From: Ignicoccus hospitalis KIN4/I
GTDB taxonomy: Archaea; Thermoproteota; Thermoprotei_A; Sulfolobales; Ignicoccaceae
Length of the DNA stretch: 32,000 nucleotides
Assembly (NCBI RefSeq): GCF_000017945.1
Contig: NC_009776.1
Coordinates: 90,001-122,000 of the forward strand
Direction of reading: 5' to 3'
The notes under the pieces were generated by a model that saw only the letters and a program-made list of their open reading frames with translations, did no database searches and was not told the origin of the DNA. A program made the translations under genes and the position numbers. This document shows positions 1 through 9,205 of this stretch, piece by piece; the first letter of the stretch is position 1; every line of letters starts with the position of its first letter.

Positions 1-1
1 C

Positions 2-1390
2 AGCGTCGTCGTCTTGGCCGGCAGCTTGCTGGAAAAGGCCGAGCCCCTGCTCGACCAGAACATCCACCCCAGCATAATAATCGAAGGATACAAGAAGGCG
101 ATGGAGAAGGCTCTAGAGGAGCTCAGCAACATAGCCGTTAAGATAAACCCCAAGGACAAGGAGTATATGAGGAAGCTAGTATACACCACCCTCAGCAGCA
201 AGTTCGTCGGCCAGGAGGCCGAGGAGATAAGGAACAAGCTGCTAGACATGATAATCGAGGCCGCCTACACCGTGGCCGTCGAGCAGCCTGACGGCACTCT
301 GAGGATGAGCCTCGACGACATAAAGATAGAAAAGAAGAAGGGCGGAAGCTTGCTCGACAGCCAGCTGGTAAAGGGCATAGTGCTGGACAAGGAAGTGGTC
401 CACCCGGGCATGCCGAAGAGGGTGGAGAACGCGAAGATACTGGTCCTCGACGCCCCGCTGGAGGTCGAGAAGCCCGACATAACTGCCAAGATAAACATAA
501 CTGACCCCAGGCAGATAGAGGCGTTCTTGGAGGAGCAGACCAAGATACTCAAGGAGATGGTAGACAAGATCGCCGAGACCGGCGCCAACGTAGTGATAAC
601 TCAGAAGGGCATCGACGACGTCGCCGCTCACTTCTTGGCGAAGAAGGGCATAATGGCCGTTAGGAGGGTGAAGAGGAGCGACATAGAGAAGGTGGCCAAG
701 GCTACCGGAGCCAAGGTGGTGACCAGCATAAAGGACGTGAGCCCCGAGGTGTTGGGCGAGGCCAAGCTAGTGGAGGAGAGGAGGGTAGGCAAGGACAAGA
801 TGGTCTTCATCGAGGGCGCCAAGAACCCGAGGGCGGTCACCATACTGCTGAGGGGTGCCAGCGACATGGCGCTGGACGAGGCTGAGAGGAACATAACCGA
901 CGCTCTCCACGTGCTGAGGAACATATTCATGAAGCCCATGATAGTGGGCGGCGGAGGGGCGGTGGAGGTAGAGCTCGCCGAGCGCTTGAGGAAGTTCGCT
1001 TCCACCGTGGGCGGCAAGGAGCAGCTGGCGATAGAGGCTTACGCCGAGGCACTCGAAGAGATACCGGTAGTGTTGGCCGACACCGCGGGTATGGACACCC
1101 TCGAAGCGCTCATGGAACTGAGGAAGCTCCACAGGGAAGGCAAGATCTGGGCTGGCGTCAACGTAGTCGAGGGCAAGATAGAGGAGGACATGACCAAGCT
1201 CGGAGTAGTGGAGCCGGTGAGGGTGAGGGAGCAAGTGCTCAAGAGCGCCACCGAGGCAGCTAACGCCTTGCTGAAGATCGACGACGTGATTGCGGCCGCC
1301 CCGCCGAAGGAGGGCAAGAAGGGCAAGAAGGAAGAGGGCGGAGAGGAGGAAGAGGAAGGCGGCTCCAGCAAGTTCGGAAGCGAGTTCTAA
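2..1390 (+). CDS. Thermosome (group II chaperonin) subunit, 5'-truncated by window edge
   Basis: Frame is open to the window start ([27 protein letters not shown]...); [47 protein letters not shown] and the acidic C-terminal tail are typical. The TTG at 14 is internal, not the real start. Confidence 0.97.
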   Translation, partial: SVVVLAGSLLEKAEPLLDQNIHPSIIIEGYKKAMEKALEELSNIAVKINPKDKEYMRKLVYTTLSSKFVGQEAEEIRNKLLDMIIEAAYTVAVEQPDGTLRMSLDDIKIEKKKGGSLLDSQLVKGIVLDKEVVHPGMPKRVENAKILVLDAPLEVEKPDITAKINITDPRQIEAFLEEQTKILKEMVDKIAETGANVVITQKGIDDVAAHFLAKKGIMAVRRVKRSDIEKVAKATGAKVVTSIKDVSPEVLGEAKLVEERRVGKDKMVFIEGAKNPRAVTILLRGASDMALDEAERNITDALHVLRNIFMKPMIVGGGGAVEVELAERLRKFASTVGGKEQLAIEAYAEALEEIPVVLADTAGMDTLEALMELRKLHREGKIWAGVNVVEGKIEEDMTKLGVVEPVRVREQVLKSATEAANALLKIDDVIAAAPPKEGKKGKKEEGGEEEEEGGSSKFGSEF

Positions 1391-1437
1391 GGCCTTTTTT
1401 AGTTTCTCGCTCTCCCGCGCCCCGGAGCTCGAACTTG

Positions 1438-2253
1438 ATGAAGTGGAGAGAAGAGTGCGTCCGGTGCCTGCTCGACGCCCGCATTTACGATTCCTTTAAG
1501 GGCGGCGCCACCGACAAGGAGCTCCAGTTCATCCTGAGTGCCACGGTAGGTTCCATGCAACTCCCGAAGAGTAAGGCCTTCCGCTTCTCGTGGAAGGCCT
1601 TAAAGTCCGTCGTAGGTAACGTGTATGCTCTAGAAAAGAAGAGGCTCCTCGAAGAAACGCTCTCAAGGGAGCTCAAGGTACCTCAAACGTTCGAGGAGGC
1701 CCTCCGCATGGCGACGTTGGGCAACTTGTACGACACCGCGGTAGGCGGGGAGTACAGGCTAGGGAAGGTGAAGTACGGGACCTTGGTGACGGAGGGCGCG
1801 GAAGTGCTCCTCAACCCGGCCGGCACCTTGGTATACGCGGTGGACAACCTCCCGGAGCTGCCTTACGACATAATGGTTGCCAAGTACTTCAAGTACATGG
1901 GGTGGGACGTAATACTGGTGGCCCGGGAAGAAGATTACGAGATAGACGCCACCTACCCCGAGCTGGCGGAGGTGGCCCAGCTTCTGGGCTGGGACGGCAA
2001 GCTAGACTCCTTGCCCGGGGACTGCACGATCTTCGACCCTTGTGAAGACGCCAAGAGGCTGAGGAGGGAGTCCGACCTAGTGTTCGCCAAGGGCTTGCTC
2101 AACGCGGACGCTTACGTTGATTACAAGCCCTCCGAGCCGGCGGTGCTGGCTTACGCGGCCAAGTGTAAGCCGTTGGCCGAGGCTGTGGGGGCGGAGATAG
2201 GCGACGGTGTGGTGGTTTTAGGAGAAGTGCTCTTGAGGTCCTTTAGGAGGTGA
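1438..2253 (+). CDS. DUF89 / ARMT1-like damage-control phosphatase family protein
   Basis: N-terminal CVRCLLDARI, central GTEGAEVLLNPAGTLVYAVDNLPELPYDI / VILVAREED pattern resembling DUF89. ATG at 1438 preferred over TTG at 1435. Confidence 0.7.
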   Translation: MKWREECVRCLLDARIYDSFKGGATDKELQFILSATVGSMQLPKSKAFRFSWKALKSVVGNVYALEKKRLLEETLSRELKVPQTFEEALRMATLGNLYDTAVGGEYRLGKVKYGTLVTEGAEVLLNPAGTLVYAVDNLPELPYDIMVAKYFKYMGWDVILVAREEDYEIDATYPELAEVAQLLGWDGKLDSLPGDCTIFDPCEDAKRLRRESDLVFAKGLLNADAYVDYKPSEPAVLAYAAKCKPLAEAVGAEIGDGVVVLGEVLLRSFRR

Positions 2254-2256
2254 ACT

Positions 2257-3321
2257 TTGAGAGTAGCTATAGTGAGCTCCTACCCTCCCATGCCTTGCGG
2301 CATCGGAATATACTCCCGCGACTTGGCGCGCGCGCTGGCGAAGCGAGGCCACGAGGTCGTCGTTATCGCTACCGAGTACGCAGACGCCCCGCGGGAGGAA
2401 GGCGACAACCCCCGAGTCTTGAGGGCTTGGACCCGCGGAGGGGAGAGGTTCCACTACCAGATCTTGGAGGCGCTCGAGAGGGAGGGCCCCTTCGACGTCA
2501 TAGAGTTTCAATACGAGTACGGCTTGTGGCCGGTAATTCCTCTGGACTCCAGGGGGATCTGGCTGCTGAGGAACGCCAAGGCTTACGGTTCGGTGGTCGC
2601 TACTCTCCACACCGTCCGCTTCTCCCCGGACCCATGGTGGAGGAGGCTGCACGAGGAGCTGCTAAAGACCAGCGACGCTATAATAGTACACCACTTCATG
2701 ATGGAAAACGCCTTGTATAGGATGTTAGGCAAACTGAAGAAGACCTTTATCGTCCCCCACGGTAGCGCCTCCTTACCGGGGGAGAAGAGGGAACTGGGCT
2801 ACGAGAGGCCCGTCTACTTGCTCTACGGCCTATTGAGGAAGGACAAGGGGCTGGAGGTGGCGGTTAAGGCCTATGAACTCGTGGGCAAGGGGACCTTGCT
2901 GTTGGCAGGCAAGCCCCTCTCCGAAGCAGACGAGGAGTTGGTCAAGAGGGCGGAGGAGCTGGGGGCGGCGCGCGTTCAAGGCTTCTTGAGCGACGAGCTG
3001 TTAGGAACCCTCATAAAGTCTTCAGATTTCGTCTTGCTGCCCTACGAAGACTTGCCGAACGACTTCGGGGTCTCGGGTGCCTTCCACACGACCGTAGCTA
3101 CCGGAGGGTACCCGCTGTGCTCGAGGGTCCAGAGGTTGGCGGAGTGCTGGGAGAGGGCGCCGGAGCTGACCTTCAGGCCGGGAGACGAGGCTGCCTTGGC
3201 AGCCCTCATGAAGGCCCCCAAGCTCCCGGACGCTTGGGGGAGGCTCCAGAGCTTCGCCCGTCAGACCTCTTGGGACAACGTCGCCAAGCTCAGGGAGAGG
3301 ATCTACTCCTTGTTAATGTAG
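2257..3321 (+). CDS. Glycosyltransferase, GT-B fold (GT4-like)
   Basis: MRVAIVSSYPPMPCGIGIYSRDLARALAKRGHEVVVIA...; C-terminal LPYEDLPNDFGVSGAFHTTVATGGYPLCS. Strong SD-like aggaggtga just before the TTG start. Confidence 0.85.
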   Translation: MRVAIVSSYPPMPCGIGIYSRDLARALAKRGHEVVVIATEYADAPREEGDNPRVLRAWTRGGERFHYQILEALEREGPFDVIEFQYEYGLWPVIPLDSRGIWLLRNAKAYGSVVATLHTVRFSPDPWWRRLHEELLKTSDAIIVHHFMMENALYRMLGKLKKTFIVPHGSASLPGEKRELGYERPVYLLYGLLRKDKGLEVAVKAYELVGKGTLLLAGKPLSEADEELVKRAEELGAARVQGFLSDELLGTLIKSSDFVLLPYEDLPNDFGVSGAFHTTVATGGYPLCSRVQRLAECWERAPELTFRPGDEAALAALMKAPKLPDAWGRLQSFARQTSWDNVAKLRERIYSLLM

Positions 3322-3719
3322 ACAGCTATTAAGAACGGCGTCAATGCGTAGACCACCTTCTTACCCTTTTCAGTCAAGACGTAAGCGCCCCTCTTGCCCT
3401 CCACCTCTACCTTCTCAACCAAGCCCAACTCCCGAAGCTCCTTCAACTTGTCCGAAAGCACTCTGGAAGATATTCCCAACGTGTTCTTGAGCTCGTTAAA
3501 GCTCATTTCCCTCTTGAGCGCTAACGCATAGAGGATCTCCGGTATCCACTTCGCCGACACCGCGCTTACGAAGGGCCTTATCTCCTCTATTCTCTTCTTG
3601 ACCTCGTTTAGGTCTATGTCCTCCTTTTGTAAGCTTTCGTCTATGCTCTCGAGCTCCGACAAGCAGCGTTTGACCAGCTCTAACACTTCGCGCGCGGGGC
3701 CCTCGGCCCTTACCACCAC
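3303..3719 (-). CDS. Winged-helix transcriptional regulator, HxlR-like
   Basis: KWIPEILYALALKREMSFNELKNTLGISSRVLSDKLKELRELGLVEKVEVEGKRGAYVLTEKGKKVVYAL. Confidence 0.8.
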   Translation of the reverse strand: MVVRAEGPAREVLELVKRCLSELESIDESLQKEDIDLNEVKKRIEEIRPFVSAVSAKWIPEILYALALKREMSFNELKNTLGISSRVLSDKLKELRELGLVEKVEVEGKRGAYVLTEKGKKVVYALTPFLIAVYINKE

Positions 3720-4735
3720 ATCACCGGTGTGGAATTCAGCACTATAGGATTATAATCCACGTAAACGAGCTGTTCCACCCTGACCCCGCCTTGACCCTTG
3801 AAGTATACCCCCGGCTCCACGGTGACCACTGCCCCCTTGGACACTACGTCCTCCGAGGAGGGCGAGAGGAACGGAGGCTCGTGTATGTCCGCCCCCACCC
3901 CGTGGCCCAAGCCGTGGACGAAGGCCTTCTCGAAGCCGTACTCCGCCAGCACCTCTCGCGCGGCCGCGTCGACGTCCTTGCCCCTCGCCCCGGGCTTCAA
4001 GGCCTTAAGCGCGGCGTTAACCGCTTCCAGCACCGCGTGGTACCAAGAGGCGTAGGGCTCCTTGTCCGGTACGTAGGTTCTCGTTATGTCGCTCCGGAAC
4101 CCTCCGTAAACGGCCCCGAAGTCGAAGAGCGCCACGCTCCCGAAGCTGAGCTGGGCCTCGCCGGGGACAGCGTGGGGCTTGGAGGAGTTGGGCCCGAAGG
4201 CCACTATCGTGGGGAACGCGAACTCTTGCGCCCCGAACTCCCTCATGTGGGCCTCCAAGGCGCCCGCGGCGGCCAGCTCGGTTGTGCCCTCTTCTAACTC
4301 CTTCCAAGTCTCTAGGAAGGCCCTCTCCGCTATTTCCAGAGCCTTCTTTATTCTCGATAGTTCCTCCTCGTCCTTACTCATCCTAGCCCTCCTGACGGTC
4401 TTGGACGCGTCCCCTGCGCCGAGTTCAGTCATCAAGGTTATTGCAGTTCTGAAGTTGAGGTAGGAGAGGTCGGCGAAGAAGGGTCCATTGCACAGCTCGA
4501 GGGCCTTCTTCCACAGGGCCCCTCTCGGCCCCTTCACCACGTTTAGCCAGTCCACGACCTCTAGGGCCCTTTCATACTCCAGCTCCGGGACGATCAAGTA
4601 GTCTTCGTCCTTCCCCATTAGGACTATGCCCGCGTCGAAGCCGGTCAGCCAGCGCACGTTAGAAGGGTGGAGGATGAGGGTGCAATCTAAAAACAGCTCC
4701 CTCTTGCGGGAGTAACTCCTTTTCGAGGAGGCCAC
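3710..4735 (-). CDS. M24 family metallopeptidase (Xaa-Pro dipeptidase-like)
   Basis: FDFGAVYGGFRSDITRTY, HGLGHGVGADIHEPPFL, VVTVEPGVYF motifs. Confidence 0.92.
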   Translation of the reverse strand: MASSKRSYSRKRELFLDCTLILHPSNVRWLTGFDAGIVLMGKDEDYLIVPELEYERALEVVDWLNVVKGPRGALWKKALELCNGPFFADLSYLNFRTAITLMTELGAGDASKTVRRARMSKDEEELSRIKKALEIAERAFLETWKELEEGTTELAAAGALEAHMREFGAQEFAFPTIVAFGPNSSKPHAVPGEAQLSFGSVALFDFGAVYGGFRSDITRTYVPDKEPYASWYHAVLEAVNAALKALKPGARGKDVDAAAREVLAEYGFEKAFVHGLGHGVGADIHEPPFLSPSSEDVVSKGAVVTVEPGVYFKGQGGVRVEQLVYVDYNPIVLNSTPVMWW

Positions 4736-4753
4736 CCGAGCGGGTGAAGGAAC

Positions 4754-5290
4754 TTAAGCTTTAGAACCTTCCTCGGAGGCGACCGCCAAGCTCTCCTCGA
4801 GCCTCTTCTGCGCTATCAGCTGAGCCTCCTTCAGTATCTTCTCAGCCTCGTGGTCCAAGAAGACGTCCACGTAAGCGCCTCCCACCAGCTCCTCCTCCGC
4901 GAGCTCGTCAACGGTCTCTATCAAGTCGTTCATCTCTTCCTCTATCTCCGGTAGTAGCCTCCTCACCGGCGCCGCGAGCGCCTTTATCTCGTTCACCACC
5001 GGCTTGAGCGCGGCGCCCGCGTCGCCTAACATCAGCACGCTCTGGAGCTTCAGCTCGGTGTGCTCCAGCTTGACGTCCAGCGCCGCTATGCTCTCTACGA
5101 ACTTCCTCAGCTTCGCCACCTCGCTGGCGTAGACCTTAGCTCTGAGCTCGTCGCCGTTCTTCTGCGCTTCGACGAGCTTTTCCATCAGTTCCCTTTCCTT
5201 CGCCTTAGCTTTATACAAGTAGGCCTCCAGCCTCCTCCGAGTTCGGTGGGTCTTCCTTAAGGCCTCCACTACCTTAACCCTCAGGCCCAC
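4754..5290 (-). CDS. ESCRT-III-like / CdvB-family protein (short paralogue type)
   Basis: Helical, charged protein with LEAYLYKAKAKERELMEKLVEAQKNGDELRAKVYASEVAKLRKFVESIAALDVKLEHTELKLQSVLMLGDAGAALKPVVNEI, resembling the archaeal Snf7/CdvB core; GTG start. Confidence 0.75.
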   Translation of the reverse strand: MGLRVKVVEALRKTHRTRRRLEAYLYKAKAKERELMEKLVEAQKNGDELRAKVYASEVAKLRKFVESIAALDVKLEHTELKLQSVLMLGDAGAALKPVVNEIKALAAPVRRLLPEIEEEMNDLIETVDELAEEELVGGAYVDVFLDHEAEKILKEAQLIAQKRLEESLAVASEEGSKA

Positions 5291-5360
5291 TGGGACTCCC
5301 CGGTGAACCGTTAGAGGGGACGCGAGGTTACCGGAGGGACGTCTCAGTAAGATAACAATA

Positions 5361-6416
5361 TTACGGAGGGGGGAGGGGCTTGCCCATCGACCAAGCCACT
5401 AAGTACCCTATTCTGTGCACTCGGAAACCGCCCCTCAGCAGCAAGGAGTAGGTCAAGAGCATCGACTTACACTTCGCGCAAGCCGTCGCTACTATTTCTA
5501 CTCCCTTGAACTGTTCGACCTTCTTCCGGCCCACCGCCTCCACGGCCCTCCTCTTCCACGCCTCCGAGAGCGAAACCCCTCCGCCGCCCCCGCAGCAGAG
5601 TTGGTCTCGCCCTCCCGGCTCCCTCTCCTCGTAGTTCTCACTAATGATCTTCAATATCTTCCTCGGGGGTTCGGTCAAGAAGTTGTAACGCGAGAGCCCG
5701 CACGGGTCATGGTAGGAGGTCTTCCACGGGACCTTCCTAACCACGTGCCTCGGCCTCAACTTCTTTGAAATCAAATTTACTGCCATCTCTACCCTCAAGT
5801 CGTGTTTTATCTTTAAGTAACTCGTGACCCTCGGCCAGACCTTGTAGTCCGCGCCGCACTCGCTCAGTAGGAGCCCCTTGACCCCCAACGCCTTTGCTAC
5901 TTTTATTATCTTAATTGCCTTCTTTTTGAAGTACTGGGGATCAGCATAATCGAAGTAGAAGTTTCCGAAGCCCTCCGGAACCTCGGTAGATAAGGTGAAG
6001 TCTACCCCGAGCTCCCTCAACGTCCATAGGAGCGCGAGGAAGTCGTTCCGCGAGGTGGGTAAGGGGTCGAAGCCCCCGGGGAGGACGAGCCACTCCGCCC
6101 TCTCGTCCAGAGGGAAGCCCTTCAGCGCGCCCCAATCCATCTTGATCCCGAAGGTAGAACCCTTCTCCTCTACCCTTTCCCTCAACTTCTTTAGGTCGTT
6201 AGGTATTAACCCCTTAACCTTCCTCTCGAACGTTGCCTTATGAGTAGGCACTTTCAGCGGGCACCCCAAGACGCAGTTGCCGCACATGGTACAGCTCTCT
6301 ACGGCCTCCCTAATCCCCAAGTTCCTCTGCGAGGGTTTGAAGACCGGGTACCAAGGGCACCGCGAGGCGCACAGGTCGCAGGCTACGCAAGAGTTGGAGA
6401 GGAGCTCGTATAACAT
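5361..6416 (-). CDS. (Fe-S)-binding oxidoreductase subunit with two [4Fe-4S] ferredoxin motifs and a CCG domain (HdrD/GlpC-like)
   Basis: CVACDLCASRCPWYP, CTMCGNCVLGCPLKVP; HDPCGLSRYN...LCCGGGGGV...CAKCKS. Confidence 0.88.
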   Translation of the reverse strand: MLYELLSNSCVACDLCASRCPWYPVFKPSQRNLGIREAVESCTMCGNCVLGCPLKVPTHKATFERKVKGLIPNDLKKLRERVEEKGSTFGIKMDWGALKGFPLDERAEWLVLPGGFDPLPTSRNDFLALLWTLRELGVDFTLSTEVPEGFGNFYFDYADPQYFKKKAIKIIKVAKALGVKGLLLSECGADYKVWPRVTSYLKIKHDLRVEMAVNLISKKLRPRHVVRKVPWKTSYHDPCGLSRYNFLTEPPRKILKIISENYEEREPGGRDQLCCGGGGGVSLSEAWKRRAVEAVGRKKVEQFKGVEIVATACAKCKSMLLTYSLLLRGGFRVHRIGYLVAWSMGKPLPPP

Positions 6417-6442
6417 TTCCCGTCGGTCAGCCGTCCGCTCAA

Positions 6443-6449
6443 ACCATTA
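6443..6449 (+). promoter_or_regulatory. Candidate TATA box for rps27e
   Basis: cattataac about 45 nt upstream of the GTG start, in the divergent intergenic region. Confidence 0.45.
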
Positions 6450-6487
6450 TAACTGTAAGCCGGAACTCCGGCCCCGGGGACGAGAGG

Positions 6488-6697
6488 GTGCCGCGTAAGA
6501 GGAAGCTCTACAAGATACTGACGCCGGAGCCCAGGTCCAAGTTCTTGAAGGTTAGGTGTCCCACGTGTCACAACGAACAGATAGTGTTCAGCCACGCGAC
6601 CTACCCGGCCACCTGCCTCATGTGCGGGACCCCCTTGGTCAGGCCCAGGGGAGGGAAGGCTGAAATACTGGGAGAGATCGTCAGGATACTCGACTGA
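6488..6697 (+). CDS. rps27e: 30S ribosomal protein S27e
   Basis: FLKVRCPTCHNEQIVFSHATYPATCLMCGTPLVRPRGGKAEILG; 69 aa, GTG start. Confidence 0.97.
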   Translation: MPRKRKLYKILTPEPRSKFLKVRCPTCHNEQIVFSHATYPATCLMCGTPLVRPRGGKAEILGEIVRILD

Positions 6698-6703
6698 ACG
6701 CGT

Positions 6704-6713
6704 TTTTTGTTTA
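6704..6713 (+). terminator. T-rich archaeal-type terminator after rps27e
   Basis: gcgttttttgttt tract just after the stop codon. Confidence 0.5.
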
Positions 6714-6732
6714 CCGCTTGCATAGCCCTACC

Positions 6733-6746
6733 CTAATATTTAATAC
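6733..6746 (+). promoter_or_regulatory. Candidate TATA-type promoter of thiC
   Basis: ctaatatttaatac about 40 nt upstream of the ATG at 6780. Confidence 0.55.
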
Positions 6747-6779
6747 CCAATGGTCTGTGTGGACTAAAGGTCCCACGCC

Positions 6780-8099
6780 ATGACTATCTACAAAGACGCA
6801 CGCAACGGGAGGATCACAGAAGAGATGAAGAAGATTGCCGAAGTGGAGGGGGTAGACCCGGAGTTCGTGAGGAGGGGTCTAGCGGCGGGGCGAATAGTGC
6901 TCCTTAGGAACCTCAAGAGGGCTGACAGAGTAAAGACCGTGGCCGTTGGGGAGGGAATGTTAACCAAAGTCAACGCTAACATAGGCACGAGCAACACTCT
7001 AATAGACGTAAATATGGAGGTCGAGAAGGCGAAGATAGCTAAGAAGTACGGAGCGGACACAGTGATGGACCTGTCCACCGGCGGGAACTTGGACGTCATA
7101 AGGAGGAAGATCATGGAAGCGGCCGAACCCCTCCCCCTGGGCACAGTACCCATATACCAAGCCTTCATGGACGTGGCTACTCGCAAGGGAGCGGGACTCT
7201 ACATGACTGAGGACGACATACTGAACACTATAGAGAAGCACCTTAAGGACGGAGTAGACTTCATGACCCTTCACGCCGCCTTGACGAGGGATCTGGCGGC
7301 GAAGGCCGTTAAGAGCGACCGAGCGGAGCCCATAGTGAGCAGAGGGGGCTCGATACTAGCTGCTTGGATGCTCGAACACGGGAAGGAGAACCCGCTCCTC
7401 TCTAACTTCGACTACATCCTAGAGATGTTTAAGGAGTACGACGCGGTCATCAGCTTGGGCGACAGCCTGAGGCCCGGCGCCCTCGAGGACGCCCACGACG
7501 AGTACCACTTGAGCGAGCTCATGGTAAACGCGAGGCTGGTGAAGAGGGCTCGAGAGGCCGGGGTACAAGTTATGCTGGAGGGGCCGGGCCACGTGCCCTT
7601 GGACAGGGTGGTGGCTGACGTAAAGCTCGCGAAGAGGCTTACTGAGGGCGCGCCCTATTACATCCTTGGCCCCCTCGTAACCGACATAGCTGCCGGCTAC
7701 GACCACATAGCGGGCGCGATCGGAGGGGCCATAGCTGCGGCCCACGGAGCGGACTTCTTGTGTTACGTGACCCCCGCGGAGCACTTGAACTTGCCCAACC
7801 CAGAACAAGTTAGGGAAGGCGTGATAGCCTTCAGAATAGCCGCCCACGCGGCCGACATAGTGAAGTACCCGGACAGGGCGATGAAGGTTGACATAGAGAT
7901 GGGGAGGTGCAGAGGGAGGCTGGACTGGGAGTGTATGATAAGGCTCTCCCTCGACCCGGACAAGGCGAGGGAGATAAGGAACCAGTACGGCCCTACCTCC
8001 ATAAAGAGCTGCAACATGTGCGGAAGCTTATGCGTCTTCCTGCTGTTGGACAAGTGGAGGAGGAAGAAGGACGAAGAGCTTCACGCCCCCCTCGCGTGA
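6780..8099 (+). CDS. thiC: Phosphomethylpyrimidine synthase
   Basis: MEGPGHVPLDRVVADVKLAKRLTEGAPYYILGPLVTDIAAGYDHIAGAIGGA, CYVTPAEHLNLPNPEQVREGVIAFRIAAHAADI; C-terminal CNMCGSLC. Confidence 0.97.
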   Translation: MTIYKDARNGRITEEMKKIAEVEGVDPEFVRRGLAAGRIVLLRNLKRADRVKTVAVGEGMLTKVNANIGTSNTLIDVNMEVEKAKIAKKYGADTVMDLSTGGNLDVIRRKIMEAAEPLPLGTVPIYQAFMDVATRKGAGLYMTEDDILNTIEKHLKDGVDFMTLHAALTRDLAAKAVKSDRAEPIVSRGGSILAAWMLEHGKENPLLSNFDYILEMFKEYDAVISLGDSLRPGALEDAHDEYHLSELMVNARLVKRAREAGVQVMLEGPGHVPLDRVVADVKLAKRLTEGAPYYILGPLVTDIAAGYDHIAGAIGGAIAAAHGADFLCYVTPAEHLNLPNPEQVREGVIAFRIAAHAADIVKYPDRAMKVDIEMGRCRGRLDWECMIRLSLDPDKAREIRNQYGPTSIKSCNMCGSLCVFLLLDKWRRKKDEELHAPLA

Positions 8100-9205
8100 A
8101 GGTTTTCCACCATCTCGCTTAACCTCCTTAAGGCTCGGAGCCTCTCCTTCTCCCCCACCTTAGCCCTCGCCACTACCTCTTCCAATATCTTGATCACCTC
8201 GTCCGCGGTCTTAACGTCGTACGGGTACGGGACCCCGTCCTTCCCCCCTACGGCGTAAGAGTACAAGAACGGGTCCAGGGGCACGGTCACGGGGTCTTCG
8301 AAGGAGGGCGCGGCGCCGTATATGAGGTGGCTTATGAGCGCCAAGGCCCTCATGACCTTGGGCCCGGCCCCGGGGGCCACTAGCAGCTCTTCCCTCCTCT
8401 TGGGGCGAAACTCGTAGAGGTCCGCCAAAGCCCTCTCCAACTGAGGGCTGGGCCTGACCGGGTAGTAGAACTTCAGCTGGGGCCCCCTCAGTACCTCTCC
8501 CCTCAAGTTCCTCTGCCCCTTCAACGCAGCCGTGGCGGACTTGAGTAACGATAGGACCCTCTTAGGCCCCTCATCAATTATATCTAAGGATATATCAATG
8601 GTTTTTATGGACGCTTTGGAAGTCAAGTCCAGCGCCTCCCCCCTCCTCCCCGCCACCGCGGAGTGCGGGACCTCCCAAGGGGCGTTGAGGTGGTTTAGCT
8701 GGTACCTCCGGGCCAGCGCGAGCTCCTCGTTCATCCCTTGCTGGACCACGGTCCAAGCGCGCTCGCTCACGATCAAGGAGTGAATGTAGACTTCGTAGCC
8801 GTCTTGTAGCAAGGCCGAGTCCAGCCTGGCTGAGGCCTTGGAAACCCTCCTCAGCTCCTCCGGGTCAACGTTTAACCTCTTGGCGGCGACCTCTGCCTCC
8901 TCCTTAACCTTTAACATTTTCTTACCCTTACCGCCTAAGACCAAGAAGCCGAGGTCCTCCTTCCAACTGATCTCTTTGAGTACGCCGAGAACTACCGTAG
9001 TCGATCCGGAGGAGTCCCAGTCCATCCCTATGACGTTGTTGAACGCTTGGAACCAGAAAGGGTCTGAGAGCCTATATACGAGCTCGTCGGGACCCCACTC
9101 CTCTACCATAACTTCCACTATAGCTTTAGCTAACCCCTTCATCCTAACTAGGAGGTGGGGAGGGACCTTGCCCCCGTGGAGGGGGAGTTCGCTCCACGAG
9201 ACCAT
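8081..9205 (-). CDS. DUF763 family protein
   Basis: ELPLHGGKVPPHLLVRMKGLAKAIVEVMVEEWGPDELVYRLSDPFWFQAFNNVIGMDWDSSGSTTVVLGVLKE. Confidence 0.85.
   Translation of the reverse strand: MVSWSELPLHGGKVPPHLLVRMKGLAKAIVEVMVEEWGPDELVYRLSDPFWFQAFNNVIGMDWDSSGSTTVVLGVLKEISWKEDLGFLVLGGKGKKMLKVKEEAEVAAKRLNVDPEELRRVSKASARLDSALLQDGYEVYIHSLIVSERAWTVVQQGMNEELALARRYQLNHLNAPWEVPHSAVAGRRGEALDLTSKASIKTIDISLDIIDEGPKRVLSLLKSATAALKGQRNLRGEVLRGPQLKFYYPVRPSPQLERALADLYEFRPKRREELLVAPGAGPKVMRALALISHLIYGAAPSFEDPVTVPLDPFLYSYAVGGKDGVPYPYDVKTADEVIKILEEVVARAKVGEKERLRALRRLSEMVENLHARGA

Noticed and set aside
14-16. TTG at position 14 as thermosome start
   Set aside because: The frame is open and homologous upstream ([14 protein letters not shown]), so the gene is truncated by the window edge.
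242-631. Antisense ORFs opposite the thermosome gene (242-631, 265-588, 628-1017, 767-1234)
   Set aside because: Shadow ORFs produced by codon bias opposite a strongly conserved gene; no recognisable protein features.
2250-2720. 156-aa plus-strand ORF overlapping the glycosyltransferase
   Set aside because: Alternative frame of a well-supported gene with Arg/Pro/Gly-rich, low-information translation.
3791-4297. 168-aa plus-strand ORF opposite the M24 peptidase
   Set aside because: Antisense shadow ORF; peptidase motifs are clear on the minus strand.
6698-6779. Possible TPP riboswitch before thiC
   Set aside because: The leader is only about 20 nt from the expected TSS and lacks the conserved CUGAGA...ACCUGAU elements.
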